From Raillietiella orientalis (Eukaryota): a stretch of 64,000 nt of DNA. Under the pieces are notes generated by a model that saw only the letters and a list, made by a program, of their open reading frames with translations, did not search any database and had not been told where the DNA came from. A program made the translations under genes and the position numbers. Shown here piece by piece: positions 12,500 through 23,995 of this stretch (its first letter is position 1; each line of letters opens with the position of its first letter). The stretch covers positions 1,240,001 to 1,304,000 of the forward strand of contig JAYWIR010000016.1 in the NCBI GenBank assembly GCA_036172245.1, in the 5' to 3' direction.

Positions 12500-13800
12500 G
12501 CCCATGAGATCTTTACGGAAACACTAAGTGCGAAGCGGCATACCCACTTGAGAGAATTCCCGGCCCAAGGCACGGATGAGAGAGCAGAAGAAACTATGTT
12601 GAATCTTCCTCTTTAACAGAAGATCCTCCTTCCTCTTCTTGGGTGATGAGGGATTTCTCGGCACGGGAAAAGATCCTTCAAGTTTGAGCTTAAGGATGAA
12701 CTATTGAAAGGCAGTCATGTGACTCGGTTCAAGCGTCCGTGGAGGAGGGAGGAAAGAGCTGCTGAACGTCCTCCTGGGACACGATTCCTATCGAAATTCG
12801 GACAGGGGAAAGAACCTTATATCCTTCTGATCACGTTTTAACTCCCCTAGGTTTGAATACTTCCGAGAGCAACGATCCATTCTTGCGTCGGCAGGATAGA
12901 CAGCGCCTCTTCCGTTCTCCGGGGGCAGAGCCCTCCGCAAACGTTAAGCCCTGGTCAACAAGAACAGCGTCACTAGAATGGAGAAAAATGAAGGTCCGTT
13001 CAGTGACCCTCCTCATCACGGTCTGCATAAAAAGAGAGCAGCATCAAGGACAACGTATGGAAGAAAAGGAACGCTTGACGCGGTTCGGTTGCTGGAGTTT
13101 GCCCAGCAGAGGTAGTCGGCGCTACACGGTCCTCCTCCTTGCGGCCATCACGACTGTCGCTTCTGAGGTTCTGAATCCGTACTTCGGACCAAGACTGCAA
13201 GCTTTGGTCCAAAGCACTCGTTCTTTCCAGGAAGCAAAGCCTCTGCTTCTCCGGCCTGCCTGTAGTTGCACCTCAGCAGCCAGATACTGCTGGGATGCGC
13301 CGCTAATCGGTCCAGGAAGACGTGAAGCCGGCTCTCCCCAACTTGTCGCTTCTCTTTGTTGCCTTGCCTGCGCGACGATAAAGAGAAATGCACGGATAAG
13401 CCAGTACATCCAGAACCTTGAAGTTTTTTGGGTGCAAAGGCATTGCTTCGCGTCATTCTTTGCTGCCTCTGGGAACCCTGAGACTCTTCAGCAGGAGGAA
13501 TGGTAAAAACTGCAGGGAGCAAATGAGGAAGACAAGTTGAGGAGGAAAGCTGGGAACGTCCCTGTCTCCAGGACTCTTACATATATGATTGTCTAATACG
13601 AGATTTCCGGAGGGATGAAGGTGGAATGATGGTTTCCGCGGTGACAACTGCCAGGAAGGCTCGTTTTCCCCGGTCTGCATATCCGCTTCTTCGCTGGCAA
13701 CCGCCAAGGCGTTTTGCTTTACTCAGGAATGGTCCGAGGTTTGGAGCACCTCCTCCCTGCATCCGGAAAGTTTCCAAGAAGTCTTCTCGAGGAACAAGAA
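12500..13800 (-). mobile_element. Decayed L1/Tx1-like LINE ORF2 fragment (thumb/post-RT)
   Basis: Minus strand reads 'SWRQGRSQLSSSTCLPHLLPAVFTIPP' and 'LWTKACSLGPKYGF', resembling the 'LS..GR..L..S' and 'W...c.pk..GG' motifs. Boundaries approximate. Confidence 0.4.
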
Positions 13801-13844
13801 AGGAACAAACTGCCCTGTGTCCTTCATTGAGGTGCGACCACATA

Positions 13845-14290
13845 TTCACCTGGGTCAGCGGAGGGGGATGGAAGAGAGCAAAAAGAAAAATAAATAAAAG
13901 GATAAATAAAAATATATAGAAACAATCTGTAGAGCCGAGAGGGGATCACTGTTCGCTGGAGGAGTCTGCATCCTTTCCAGGATTTTCCCCAAGTCCCACA
14001 AAGGGTGAGGTGAATTAAGCCGGCATCCTTTCCAGGATACCGGCTAGGTCCGTCCGAACAGGTCTCCAATGGGGCCATCGGACCACTATCCGTATGAAGC
14101 GAACTGCGAACTGGAGGCGTCCATCCCGTTTCTGTCTGTCTGCTCCGCTCCAGGCCGCCGCCGCAATCCCGCAAATGCAGCAAAGCGCTGTTGGGGCTGC
14201 GGCGGACTGCGGGGAATCCCGCACAAAGAGGATTGCCATAAGATGTCCATGGAGGGGCTGCCAACCGGGATCCGGAAGGTCGTTCCATAC
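13845..14290 (-). mobile_element. 3' end of L1/Tx1-like LINE
   Basis: Minus strand reads 'RWPHWRPVRTDLAGILERMP', colinear at DNA level with 51050-51310 (RWRRLRAVRPALVRIQTRMQ). Followed by a T-rich UTR and ccccctccgctg. Confidence 0.7.
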
Positions 14291-14334
14291 GGGCCCCCGC
14301 GGGGGAGAAGGTGCATGTCAACTTTTTCAAGTTA

Positions 14335-15011
14335 AGGGGTACCACCCTATGAATCCAGCAAGGGCTCTGGAGAAGGGAGTCCGTTTCTCTCACACCCAGG
14401 AGGGATCCTCGAAGGGATTCCTCGCCTTGGTTGTCTTCGACGGGAACTCTTCCTTATTCTTTCCAAGGAGACCCCCTGGAGGGAGCCGCTGCCCATTTCT
14501 TCCCCAGAAAGAACCCGCGAGGGTTGCTCCTTGGTTCCTCCTGTAAAGAGAACCCGGAAGAAAGACTTCCGGCTTTCTCTCGCTTCCAGATTTCTCTGAA
14601 AGCCGCTCTTCCCAAAGGGAGCAGCGCGTTCCTTGGCGCCTGGAGAGGCAACCCCGAGAGGTATCAACCAGCTCCATGGTACGCGAAGGAGAATCCCCCC
14701 TTGAGGGAAGGGTACAGTCTCATTTTCATGACAGCATGGGAACCACAAAGGGCTCTATGGTTTCCTGGAAGGAATCCGGAGTCGACTTCCACTCCCGGAG
14801 GCAGTCGGCGCGGTATCCGTGGGTTTCCGGCTGCTTCCACCAGTGCCGCAACCGAAGCCCACTAGCCAACCAGCGTCATCCTGTGGGGAGGACTCGAAAC
14901 CCACGACGCAACCCCCGTTCTTGGCGATGCCCCTTTCCCGGATCGGATTCGAATCCGAGACGCCTGGTGCCGTCACTCGAGGAGACCTCAGCCACGGGGC
15001 CACCAACGCGG
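14335..15011 (-). mobile_element. SINE-like family copy 4 (most complete, ~680 bp, tRNA-like head)
   Basis: Minus strand begins CCGCGTTGG like copy 5, with an A-box-like TGGTGGCCCCGTGG and a B-box-like GATTCGAATCC (14945-14955). The body matches copies 1, 2, 3 and 5. Confidence 0.75.
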
Positions 15012-16339
15012 GCACGGAACGAGAGTTCCGGCCAAGACTATCTGTGCGCCGCTGCACCGAAGGGGGTCATGATCTTCGTCAACGCCTGCAGATGAGACGA
15101 CTTCCTGCTAAGGCTCCCACCGGCTCCCAACGCTCATCTTCTCGCACTCCAGAAGAAACTTCTGATTTTTCCGGGAATCACGGCAGAGTGTTCCATCAAA
15201 AAGGCACGCAAGTCAACCTGTCATCTCTGATTCTTCTCCTGGAAGCCGTGCGGAGTTCTACCCCGGGGTGCAGAAGCCAACAGAGAGGGGAAAATATACT
15301 CCCGGGAGTGCCTTAGCTGCGCACTTAGCAACGAGTCGACGACGCCTCCGAAATGGAGGGACGACTACGGACTCAGATCCAATGGGAACGTTCCTTTCCG
15401 AACTGCCGATGCTGACATCCACAACTGGAATCCACCCGGATTCCCACCTCACGCAGTGCTCGCTCAAGCACATTCCTGCCATCCCCTAAAACCAGACAGG
15501 AAGTCCACTGGACCGGTTCGTCCCGGTCCAGTGGGCTTCCCGGTCGACTGATCGAGCGGCCGTGGGAGGCAGCTGCGATGAACCCGAGGTCATCCGCAAT
15601 GGGATCCTGCAGTCGGGGAAGGTGGACACCTAGCAACAGAAGAACCCCCCTCCTTCTCGATCCGGGAGTAGGGCAGTACCTCACGCTTTCCCTCAACATT
15701 TAGATAGCAGGATGGGCGCTCCAATTTTTCCTGCCGTCTGGACCCTGGAATCGCCCGCGACCTATCGATCCCCACCTAGTTATTCCTGCCTCCCAGCTAC
15801 CAGACTGCGCGCTCTCGAATTTAGATAGAGCGCACGTCCTGTCACCTGTCTTCTTCGTGACAGGGAACGAGGGAGTCTGTCCCGCTAGGGAGGGATCTCT
15901 TGAGACCCCCTGTCTAATGGAGGAGTGGCCGGCGGTCGAGATTTCCTATCCTAGTTAATGGAGATAAGGGAAGTTTGAGCCAGCACCCTTCCCCTCCCCC
16001 CTTTCCAGACACATCCTCGCACTTCCCTCTGATGCAGAAATTGTTCCGCCTCTCTCACGAGCATTTCTTCCTGGATGGTGCGAAGTGGAAACGGCGCCAT
16101 AGGGTATGGGTTCTCCCGAGGTAGATGGGAAAACGCTGGAATAGTCCGTTGAGCCAAGGACAGGGTCGCAGGTGAAGTGCATTCTATGGAGGAATTCAAG
16201 AGGGGAGAACGCCGAGAATGCAGGCTGCAGCACCTCCTTGGTGGCGTTACCCTGAGGGCGCAAAAAAGGCAGCACACAGGGGCGCCGCTCCCGCCTACAC
16301 GGGCGACTTTTTCAAAGTTCTTTCTTCGGGCTGCTGCAG

Positions 16340-16475
16340 AAGAAGAATTCACGGATGCCGATTCGTCCCTCCAGAGCGAGGAGAGCGGCTCCCTCCCCAC
16401 TGCAGAGGTCTGTGACTACAAGGGGTCCGAACCTACGGAAGAGAAGGAGAACTCGCTCGCCTTCCTGTTCACCAG
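16340..16475 (+). CDS. Candidate alternative upstream exon of the Kir gene
   Basis: Coding-like GC3-rich frame EEFTDADSSLQSEESGSLPTAEVCDYKGSEPTEEKENSLAFLFT(R). Acceptor ctgctgcag at 16339, or an in-frame ATG at 16186. The phase-2 donor ACC AG|GTAGAA is compatible with the Kir acceptor at 39410. Confidence 0.3.
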
Positions 16476-16761
16476 GTAGAACGCGGGAAGTGGGAGGCGA
16501 TGGAGGACGACGCTCGAAGCTATGCAGGAGGCGGAGGAGGCCAAACAGCCAAGGGCCGAAGTCGGTGAGTCGGAAGAATTCCGGAACAGTTTTTCAGACA
16601 GGACGGGGGGAGGGAAGAGAGGCGATCAAATCCCTGCCGCAGAAGCGCCGGGACAAAAAATACCATCCGTGGAGCTGGCCAGGAGCGCTTTCTGAAGAAA
16701 GTGGAAGGAGGCTGGAAATCAGATGACCTGGGAACTGCCTCCCTCGCGACCAAAGGAAGAA

Positions 16762-17110
16762 CTAGATGCCATCGGAGAGATGGGAAGGGATCATGCAACG
16801 CGAAGTCCTTGGGATGCTGGAGGAATGTCCACTACCCGCTCGGGGGTCCTGCGAGTGATTTGGTGCCTCCGTCTGGTGCCCATCATCATGGATCTCGAGG
16901 GTCAGCACAACATTCCCATCATCTCCCTTCAGGCCGTGCCGCGCTGTCCTCTGGGCTGCTTCACGGAGAAGAACGCGAGCGAGCTTCCAAGCACTCATCT
17001 CTCCTTGCACGCGGTCGTCAAGCAGAAGGTGGGCAGCCGCGCCTGCGACCTTGAGGTTGAACTCTAAAGGTTGACCTCTCTGGAAGTTTGAACGCTCGTC
17101 GAGACGCGCC
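16762..17110 (-). mobile_element. Possible decayed LINE RT catalytic core
   Basis: Minus-strand 'LKVAG....DRVQGEMS...RHGLKG...LTLEIHDD' has the order and approximate spacing of VNG / GVRQG.pLS / IKG / YADD. Confidence 0.35.
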
Positions 17111-17144
17111 GGAGACAAGCCGGAGGCTTTTACCCTCTTTTTTC

Positions 17145-18560
17145 CGGGGCACTTATTATATCAAATAATAATAAAAACACACTTTTGTGGTAGAATACGT
17201 GGTTCTTCCATGTGCCAAAAAGAAAACGCATCAATCTGCAGGTACGCAGACGAGCGTGGTTCTCTTCGGCAGCGGAGGGGAAGGGAAAACCGGAAACAAA
17301 AAGAAACCAAAAAAAAAAAAAAGGACTTCAAAAGTTTTTCACGGGCAGGAGGAAAGGGGAATCGAGGAAGGAGCCACAATTATCTGCGAGGAGTCCTCTG
17401 CATCCTTCCCAAGATACTGGAAAGATTGCTCTGGACGTTGCCCAGGCGGGGCCGTCTCGTGGAGGTCCTCAAGAAGGATCCCGATCAGTGGATGGTGTCC
17501 TTCCATTCTGGCTACTTTTTCCTGCATTCCAGGCCATCACGAACCCTTGTAGGCAGCAGAGAATTGCGAGGGGCGCGGATGGCGGCAGTGCGGCACTCAC
17601 GAAAAGGAGTTTCAAAATGTCCTTGGAATCGTCCACCGGGATTACAGGGGTTGTCTAGCAACGACCCCAAACGGGTTGGAGAGCAGCACAGCCTAAAGCA
17701 GGAAGGTTGCCCCCTGCCCCCAGCTGTCACACCCCGCACCCACCCTCCGCCGTTTCCAACGGTGAAGGTGCTTTATGCATGGGATTCCCTAATGCACGAC
17801 CAGCAATGCCAACTCCTTCTACTCAAGGGGAGGGACGCCACTGCTCCATAACGCCGGGGGACATTTCATCTCTTCCGGAGGGGATTGCAAGTAGTTCGCC
17901 TCGACGTAAAGTCCTTTGGGTGAGGCACTCGGGGTTGCAGCGTCCGTTAGCTCCCGTGTTGTCTCCACGCACCCAAAAGCTTCTCCTTTGCTGCTATGCA
18001 GCACGTCACTTCCCACCTTGCTGATATGGCACTGCTCCTTGCTTCCCTTAGTGAGGGCGGTGCTGGGACACAAGAGACAAAGGAAGCGCGCGGGGGTCGG
18101 AGGTGAGGATTTGCACCTGCGCGCTATGCCCGCCGCCGTCCTTGTCTTCTTCCCTCTTCTTCCACAGGCGTTGCTGCTCACAGGTCGATGGCTTCCTGGA
18201 CGAGAGGCTCGGGAGGTTCCCCAGCTGCGTTCAGACTGCTGGATTCCGGCTCCGTACCGTGCAACTCCCCCTCGATGTTCGATTGCCACCGCCGCCCACC
18301 CGCTTGCCTTTCTTCTCGACCCCCAACTTCCCTGCGCCTTCCTCAACGACGGATGCTTTCTCCCACACCGGCCGGTGGCGGCTCGATCCTGTTCCAAGGA
18401 CCCGTCGAGATCCTCGACCCTCAGGAGCGGAAGTCGGAAAGTCCCTTTACATGGAAGGTGGCACCGGTGGAAAGAAGACCGAGCCCTCTCACCAGCTCTG
18501 GAAGCCGTGAAGGCAAGAAACTGCCCTCTTTGGAATGCCGGAAGCAAAGGGAACAAGGTC
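17145..18560 (-). mobile_element. 5'-truncated, decayed L1/Tx1-like LINE with zf-RVT remnant and 3'UTR
   Basis: Minus strand reads 'ALLVVH*GIPCIKHLHRW....AGCDSWG' (cf. 50890-50985) and 'NLSSILGRMQR'. The T-rich UTR ggttttcccttcccctccgctgccgaagagaacc and terminal ataataagtgccccgg match 51390-51570. Confidence 0.7.
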
Positions 18561-20397
18561 GAGCCGTGACCTCCCGATCTCACCTGGATACTCTCCGTGT
18601 TTCTCCCGGGAACTCCTGGCAGCCTTCGTAATGGGGAGAGGAGCGTCTGCTTCCGCCCCTCCGCCCCGTTTCCACGGTCACTCCGAGGGGAAAGGAACGT
18701 GGAAACTGGGAGGAAGCCGAAACCACCCAGGGATCGTCCCTTTTTCCCGCGAGGAAGAGGCACTTCGTTCCCTTAGCGCCACCACTCCTGGGTCGTCGAT
18801 CCCGCCTCGCTACCCGATGATCCCGCAACCCGCTCCACGCTTCCCATCCCCGCCGCCCCCATTTCTTTAGGAACTCGCTCCTCGGACCCAGAACTGAGCC
18901 TGCGTGTTGACCAGCCCGCTCTCCCTCGTGCGTTGCCGGTGTCGCCCTGGATGGCCTCTCCCGCTTGTGGTCCTGTTTGTTCCCTGTAACTGAGTGCCGT
19001 CCCCTTTCTCCGCCTGACCGATTCCTTCCCGACGTGGCCGAGGGGAGCTGCCTTCCCGCCCCGCGTGGGTCACCTCCTGAAGAAAAGTCCCACCCTTGCC
19101 TTGCGAAACCTCCCAAAGGAAGGCCCCGTCCTTGCAACATTCTGTGCAAAGTTTGCTGCTGGAGCGTTCCAGAAGGGGTAGACGCAGGTAGGTTCTCTGT
19201 CCCCTCCGCTCTCGCTCACCCCACTCGGCTGATGCCCTCCCCGGCGACTCTTACCGCAGCCAGGCAAAACTCCTGAGCATTCCCGCTCATTTTTTTTCTT
19301 TCTATATAGGGCCATCGATTAGGGGGACCCATCCGAAAAGCGCAAACCAGCGGAAGTCCTGGGATGAATTACACACGTACTTCCCTCCTTTTCCTCTCCC
19401 TTCCTTATCTGCACATTCCCTCCTTCCCTTGTTGCTTCAGGTCGATCTTTCCCAGCACTCCAGCGCACACGAGTCATCCGGACGGTTTCTTTTTCGAGCC
19501 TGCGCTTTTCCTCCCGTCTTTACTGAATCGAAGGGGCTGGAGAAGTTCCTCGTTAGGATCCCGGATTTTTCCCGTCCTCCTCCATGCACCCACTTTCTTC
19601 CAGCAGCCACCTTTCAGAGCACCCTCCTTCATCCAGGACAGACACCGCTCCCCTCTCAATTAGAAAGCAGACCCTCGATCTTTCCTCCTCCCCCCACTCT
19701 GCTCCGCTCCCTCAGCGCCGTTGATCACGGCTGCTGCTGGCGAGACCGGAGAGAACCGGAAGCTCTCTGGATCGAATGGGAAGTCTGGAAGCGAAGCGCG
19801 CACACACGTCTATTACCATGGGATCTCCTCCTTTCCCCTCCCATTACTCTCCTGCACCTCCAATTCCTCCTCCCTCCTCCTCATCCTGCAGCCGGTCGCA
19901 CCCTTCTGGCACCTGAGTCTCCTCTTCCTCCCCTCACCTTCCTCCCTCTCGCGTTCCCGAGGAGGACGGCGGCGACTGCAGACACGCACGGAGACGCCCT
20001 CCCTCGCCGCCGCGAGGAGGAGGAGGAGGAGGGGGGAGGAAGAGGAGGAAGGGAGGGACGAGGCTGCACTCCCGACGCCTGCGCACGCGCACGGGAGTGC
20101 ATCTGGCCGTCGTCAGTCCTCTCTCCTTCGCCCGGCGACAAGGCTCGTCGGTACCGGCGGCATCCAGTGCGACGCCATCCCGCGGGAGCGGAGGAAGGAC
20201 GCGCGCGCGCGCGGGCCGGCGGAGCTGCTGCTGCTCGTTCCCTTCATTTCCCACTCTCCTCCGCCCACGTCTCCCTTCCAAGGAAGATCCCGAGGGGCGC
20301 CACCGAGCCCACGGCTTCCCCCCAAGTCCCTCTGCTGCCTCCCCTGTCGCTGCGCCTGGGAGCGGAAGAAGAGGAGGAAGTTCTGCTCCTCGGCCCG

Positions 20398-20567
20398 ATG
20401 GAGAGGGAAGGAGCGAACTGGAGCAGCCCTTCGGACGGGTCGAACACCCGGGAGCGCCAGGGACGCCTCGGGAGGACGCTGAACGTCTTCACTCGGTTCG
20501 TGCTGTTCGAGATGAACGCCCCGACCTGCGACAAGAGGCACCATCTGACCTCCATGCAGATGACCAG
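20398..20567 (+). CDS. Kir: Putative first coding exon of the inward-rectifier K+ channel
   Basis: ATG at 20398 opens GC3-rich MEREGANWSSPSDGSNTRERQGRLGRTLNVFTRFVLFEMNAPTCDKRHHLTSMQMT. It ends ACC AG|GTAAAC; this phase-2 donor fits the acceptor cccccccag|G at 39410 (AG+G = Arg). It lies in a CpG-rich, promoter-like region. Confidence 0.55.
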
Positions 20568-23500
20568 GTAAACCGGGTTCCTGCCTCGCGGTTCCTTCCG
20601 CTTCCTCGACTCCCAGGTGTTTCCAGAGATGTCCCGCTTTCCCTCCCCGAAGCTTTCCCTTTCTCGAGAACGGGAACAGAGTCGGGACGCCGCCGTCGCT
20701 ACCGTTCCTCCCCTCCTCCTTCCCTGCTGTTGCCTCCAGGGGGAAGGAGAGACCAGGCGAGCAGCCTGAAACCGCAGCCGCTACCTCCCGGGTAAAAGAG
20801 GGAGGGAAAGGAAGATCTCGAGACGTGCCAGGGATGGGTCCCGCCGACCCGTGCATGCCTTACGGCGGGGGAGACTCGACGCGAAAAGGGGAGACACCCC
20901 TTTTTCTCCGCATTTCCCTCCACCCTCCGTTCCTTCCTCGAGGGGAAGAGCAGTCCCTCTCTCCGGAGCTGCGAGCTCGCATCCCACCCCACGAAGACAA
21001 CACTGACGCATGGGGAGGCGCTCTACTCCCCCCCTTCCGATTCCTTCACCCTACCCCACCACCCATCTCCACTCCGCCTTCCTGCACGCGCTGACTCCCA
21101 GGGTGTCCTGAGGAGGCATCCCTGCCAACTACCCCTTGCCGCTTCCCTCAGCGAGGGACCCGAAGGCCGGAGGAGGTGGTTTGACTCGTCCTGTTTCGCA
21201 GAAATGGGGAGCACACGCTTTCCTCGACCCCTCCGCTCTCCCATGGAAAAGGGACAAGAGGCCGGAGGCTGCGGAAAGAAACTATGGGCAAGCTCCAAGG
21301 AAGAAAGGGGCTGACCGTCGACTCCCCTGTCTTCCTCCTCCCCTTTCGCTGTCGTTTCCCGGGTACGCGAGAGCGCTACACGGGCCCGCGGACTTCGCCT
21401 CAAGGCGTCCCAAACAGTCCGCACTCAGAATCCAGGAAACCACGGGAGAGAGATCCTTCGAGTGCTTCGTCCCGGCTTCTCCATCCGCTCCACCCGCACC
21501 ACTCGCATTCCCTTACTCCTCCCTCCGGCAGCCCGTCGTGTGCGCGCGCCTCTCGCAAAGGTCTGAAATGAGCGATCATTCGGCCTTCCTCCCACCTCCC
21601 TGCCTAAGCGCTCCTCCGACTCCCGACGGGACTCTCCCACGCCCCATTCCTTAGCTTTCGGGAGGATGGGATGTTCTTTGCCATGGAAACGTTTCGCCGC
21701 GCGCGCGGCTCTATTAAAAGACGTTTGCGGCGGGAGTTGGATCCTCAGCGGTGAAGAGTTATTTTTGGTTCTTGGCACGGACCGCGGTGCCACGGGAGAG
21801 GGTTGTCGTCGTGCTCCCGCTCTTTTTCGTTCCCTCGTTTCGTTCCCCGTTCCCTTCTTCCTCCTCCTCCTCCCTATGCCCCGCGAAATGACCGGAGCGT
21901 CAGCTTCCTGTCCGTTCTCGCTTCCCAAGGGAAAGGAGTAAAGGAGGATAGGGGGTCGCAGGAGAGAAGGAAAGGGATGACGACGAGAACGGAAGGACCG
22001 CGGCAGGAGCTTTTCGCGGGTTCCAGGAAACGTCGCCGGCAGCACGGAAATCCGACCCGGACCACACCCGGAGTACAGGACAGGAGATGGAAGGGACGGA
22101 TCGTTCCTTCGGGTTCGTCCTGAGAGTGTTCCGGGGCGCTGCGCTTTCTCCTCCTTGCTCCTCCTCCACTCTCCGCCTCTTGCATCTGTGTGGTCGCTCC
22201 CCCTCCCAGCTTCTCCACATCCACGCAGGCGCATATCACGCAGTGCCGTGGTGGTGGGAGCTCGCTGAAGACAGTAGGGCGTGGGGTGTTCGGCTTTCCG
22301 ATGAATCGCAAACCACTCCAGGATTCGTTGATACCCGCCAACGCCCCTCCTGTCGCGTCCTCACGGGAATCTTCTTGTCTACTCCGGCAGCGCCGAGACA
22401 GGAACAAAAGAAGCCAATTTCTCTTTCTTCTATGAGAGAAGCAGCGGGAGAAACTAGAGGAGAAGTTCCCCCCCTCCCGCTCCCTTGCCTCACCCCTTCC
22501 TCCTCGCTTCCAGTCTGCTCCCTCTCTCCCCCTTGATCCAAAGAGGGAGGAGGTCCTCTCTGCCAATCTTCGCCCTTTTGTCCATCCGTTTCCCGGTTCC
22601 TCCGCATCGGTGACCCCCTCCTCCTTTCCGCTTCGCTCTTGTCCCGTCTCGACCGAGACGGGAGCATGTCCCCGCGTCCCCGACCATCACTCGACGCGAG
22701 GAAAGATGGCGGCTCCCAGCCAGAGTGGACGGAGCTTCCCATTTCAGCTACCGTCCCCTTCCTTTACCCCCCAGTTCCCTTTTTTTTTCCCGAGCTTCCT
22801 TGCCTCCTGGTGTTCTCCAAGGCTCCTCCTCACCTTTCCCTGTTCAGACGCGATTGCCGGTCGGTCGGTGCGAGCCGAAAGTCCCGCAAGGAAGAGCCCG
22901 AATGCAGGGAAAGGTCGTAGCAACTTCCGAGAACATCGCGGCATCCCCCGCCCCTCCCTCTCCTGTAGGGAGGGCACAGGGAGGAAGGCACTTCGCTTCC
23001 GGTCTCCGGGTTCAGGAATCGACGGCAGCTTGCAGGAACTGAAGGAGCCGCTAGAACACGGGGAGAGCCCGGAAGGTGGTCTCTGCGCCACCTCAGGAAG
23101 AGGATGCCAGCAGAGGGTGGAGAGGAGAAGCCGCGCGCCCACGCCTACGCTCCGAGGGAACAGGCCGGACCTCGAAGAGGAACTTCTGGTTTCCTGCAAC
23201 GACTGCCCCAGGGGAAGATTCCGTTCCAATGCTCGTTAGGACGACTGACCCTGAGTTCCCTCCCCAGACGCTGCCACCCCTCGTGCTATGGCTATCCCCT
23301 TCCTCCTCTTCCCCCACTTCGGCCGGTCCTTTCCCCCCTCCTCTTCTTCCTTCCGTGGATCTCAGTCTCTGCGGCGAGTTGGAGGGGGGGAGAAATGCGT
23401 CCTGAAAAGGGAGGTCGTTTCTCCCGGGTCCTGGAAGTCCGCGCAGAGAGAGTCTGCTTCCCGTCGCAGGCATTCCGGTCCGATAGGAGAGGAGAACAGG

Positions 23501-23959
23501 GTTTCGGGAGAAGCGGGTTGAGGGGAAGCCGCAGAGATGAAGATGGGCCGGAAGAACACCTCTCCCCTTCCCTCCACTTTTATCCCTCCCCTCCTTATCA
23601 TCCTGAACTGGTCTGAAGAAAAGGTTTCCCCAGACTCACGAAGATTAAGCCCCCGCCTTCCCGATGGGCTGCTGCTTGAGGGAGGCCCGCGTCATCAATG
23701 TCTCCTTGAGGAGAGTCCATCGCAAAACATGCCAAAACCTCTCAGGAGACCCGAACGGCTTCCCACCCTTTCGAGAAGCCCCTCCGTGGCCTTCTCCGTC
23801 CGAACAAGAGAAGGCGAAATCCTGGATTGCCCCGATTTGTAGATCAGTACCATGCGTTGGTGAGTGTCCGTGAAAGGATCGGTGACCAGGAATTGGGCAG
23901 AACTGCGCACGTCGATCTCTGCAGCACTTTCCGGCGCCATGCGCCGGAAAAGTGCTATA

Positions 23960-23995
23960 CAGGGTGCAGGACAGCTGCAGCTGTCCTGCACCCTG
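23960..23995. repeat. Perfect 36-bp spacerless palindrome
   Basis: cagggtgcaggacagctg|cagctgtcctgcaccctg; the two 18-nt arms are exact reverse complements. Confidence 0.95.

Noticed and set aside
19429..20397. 380-aa ORF 19429-20571 as a full gene
   Set aside because: The portion before ATG 20398 is low-complexity translation of CT/GA-rich promoter/UTR sequence with a non-ATG start.
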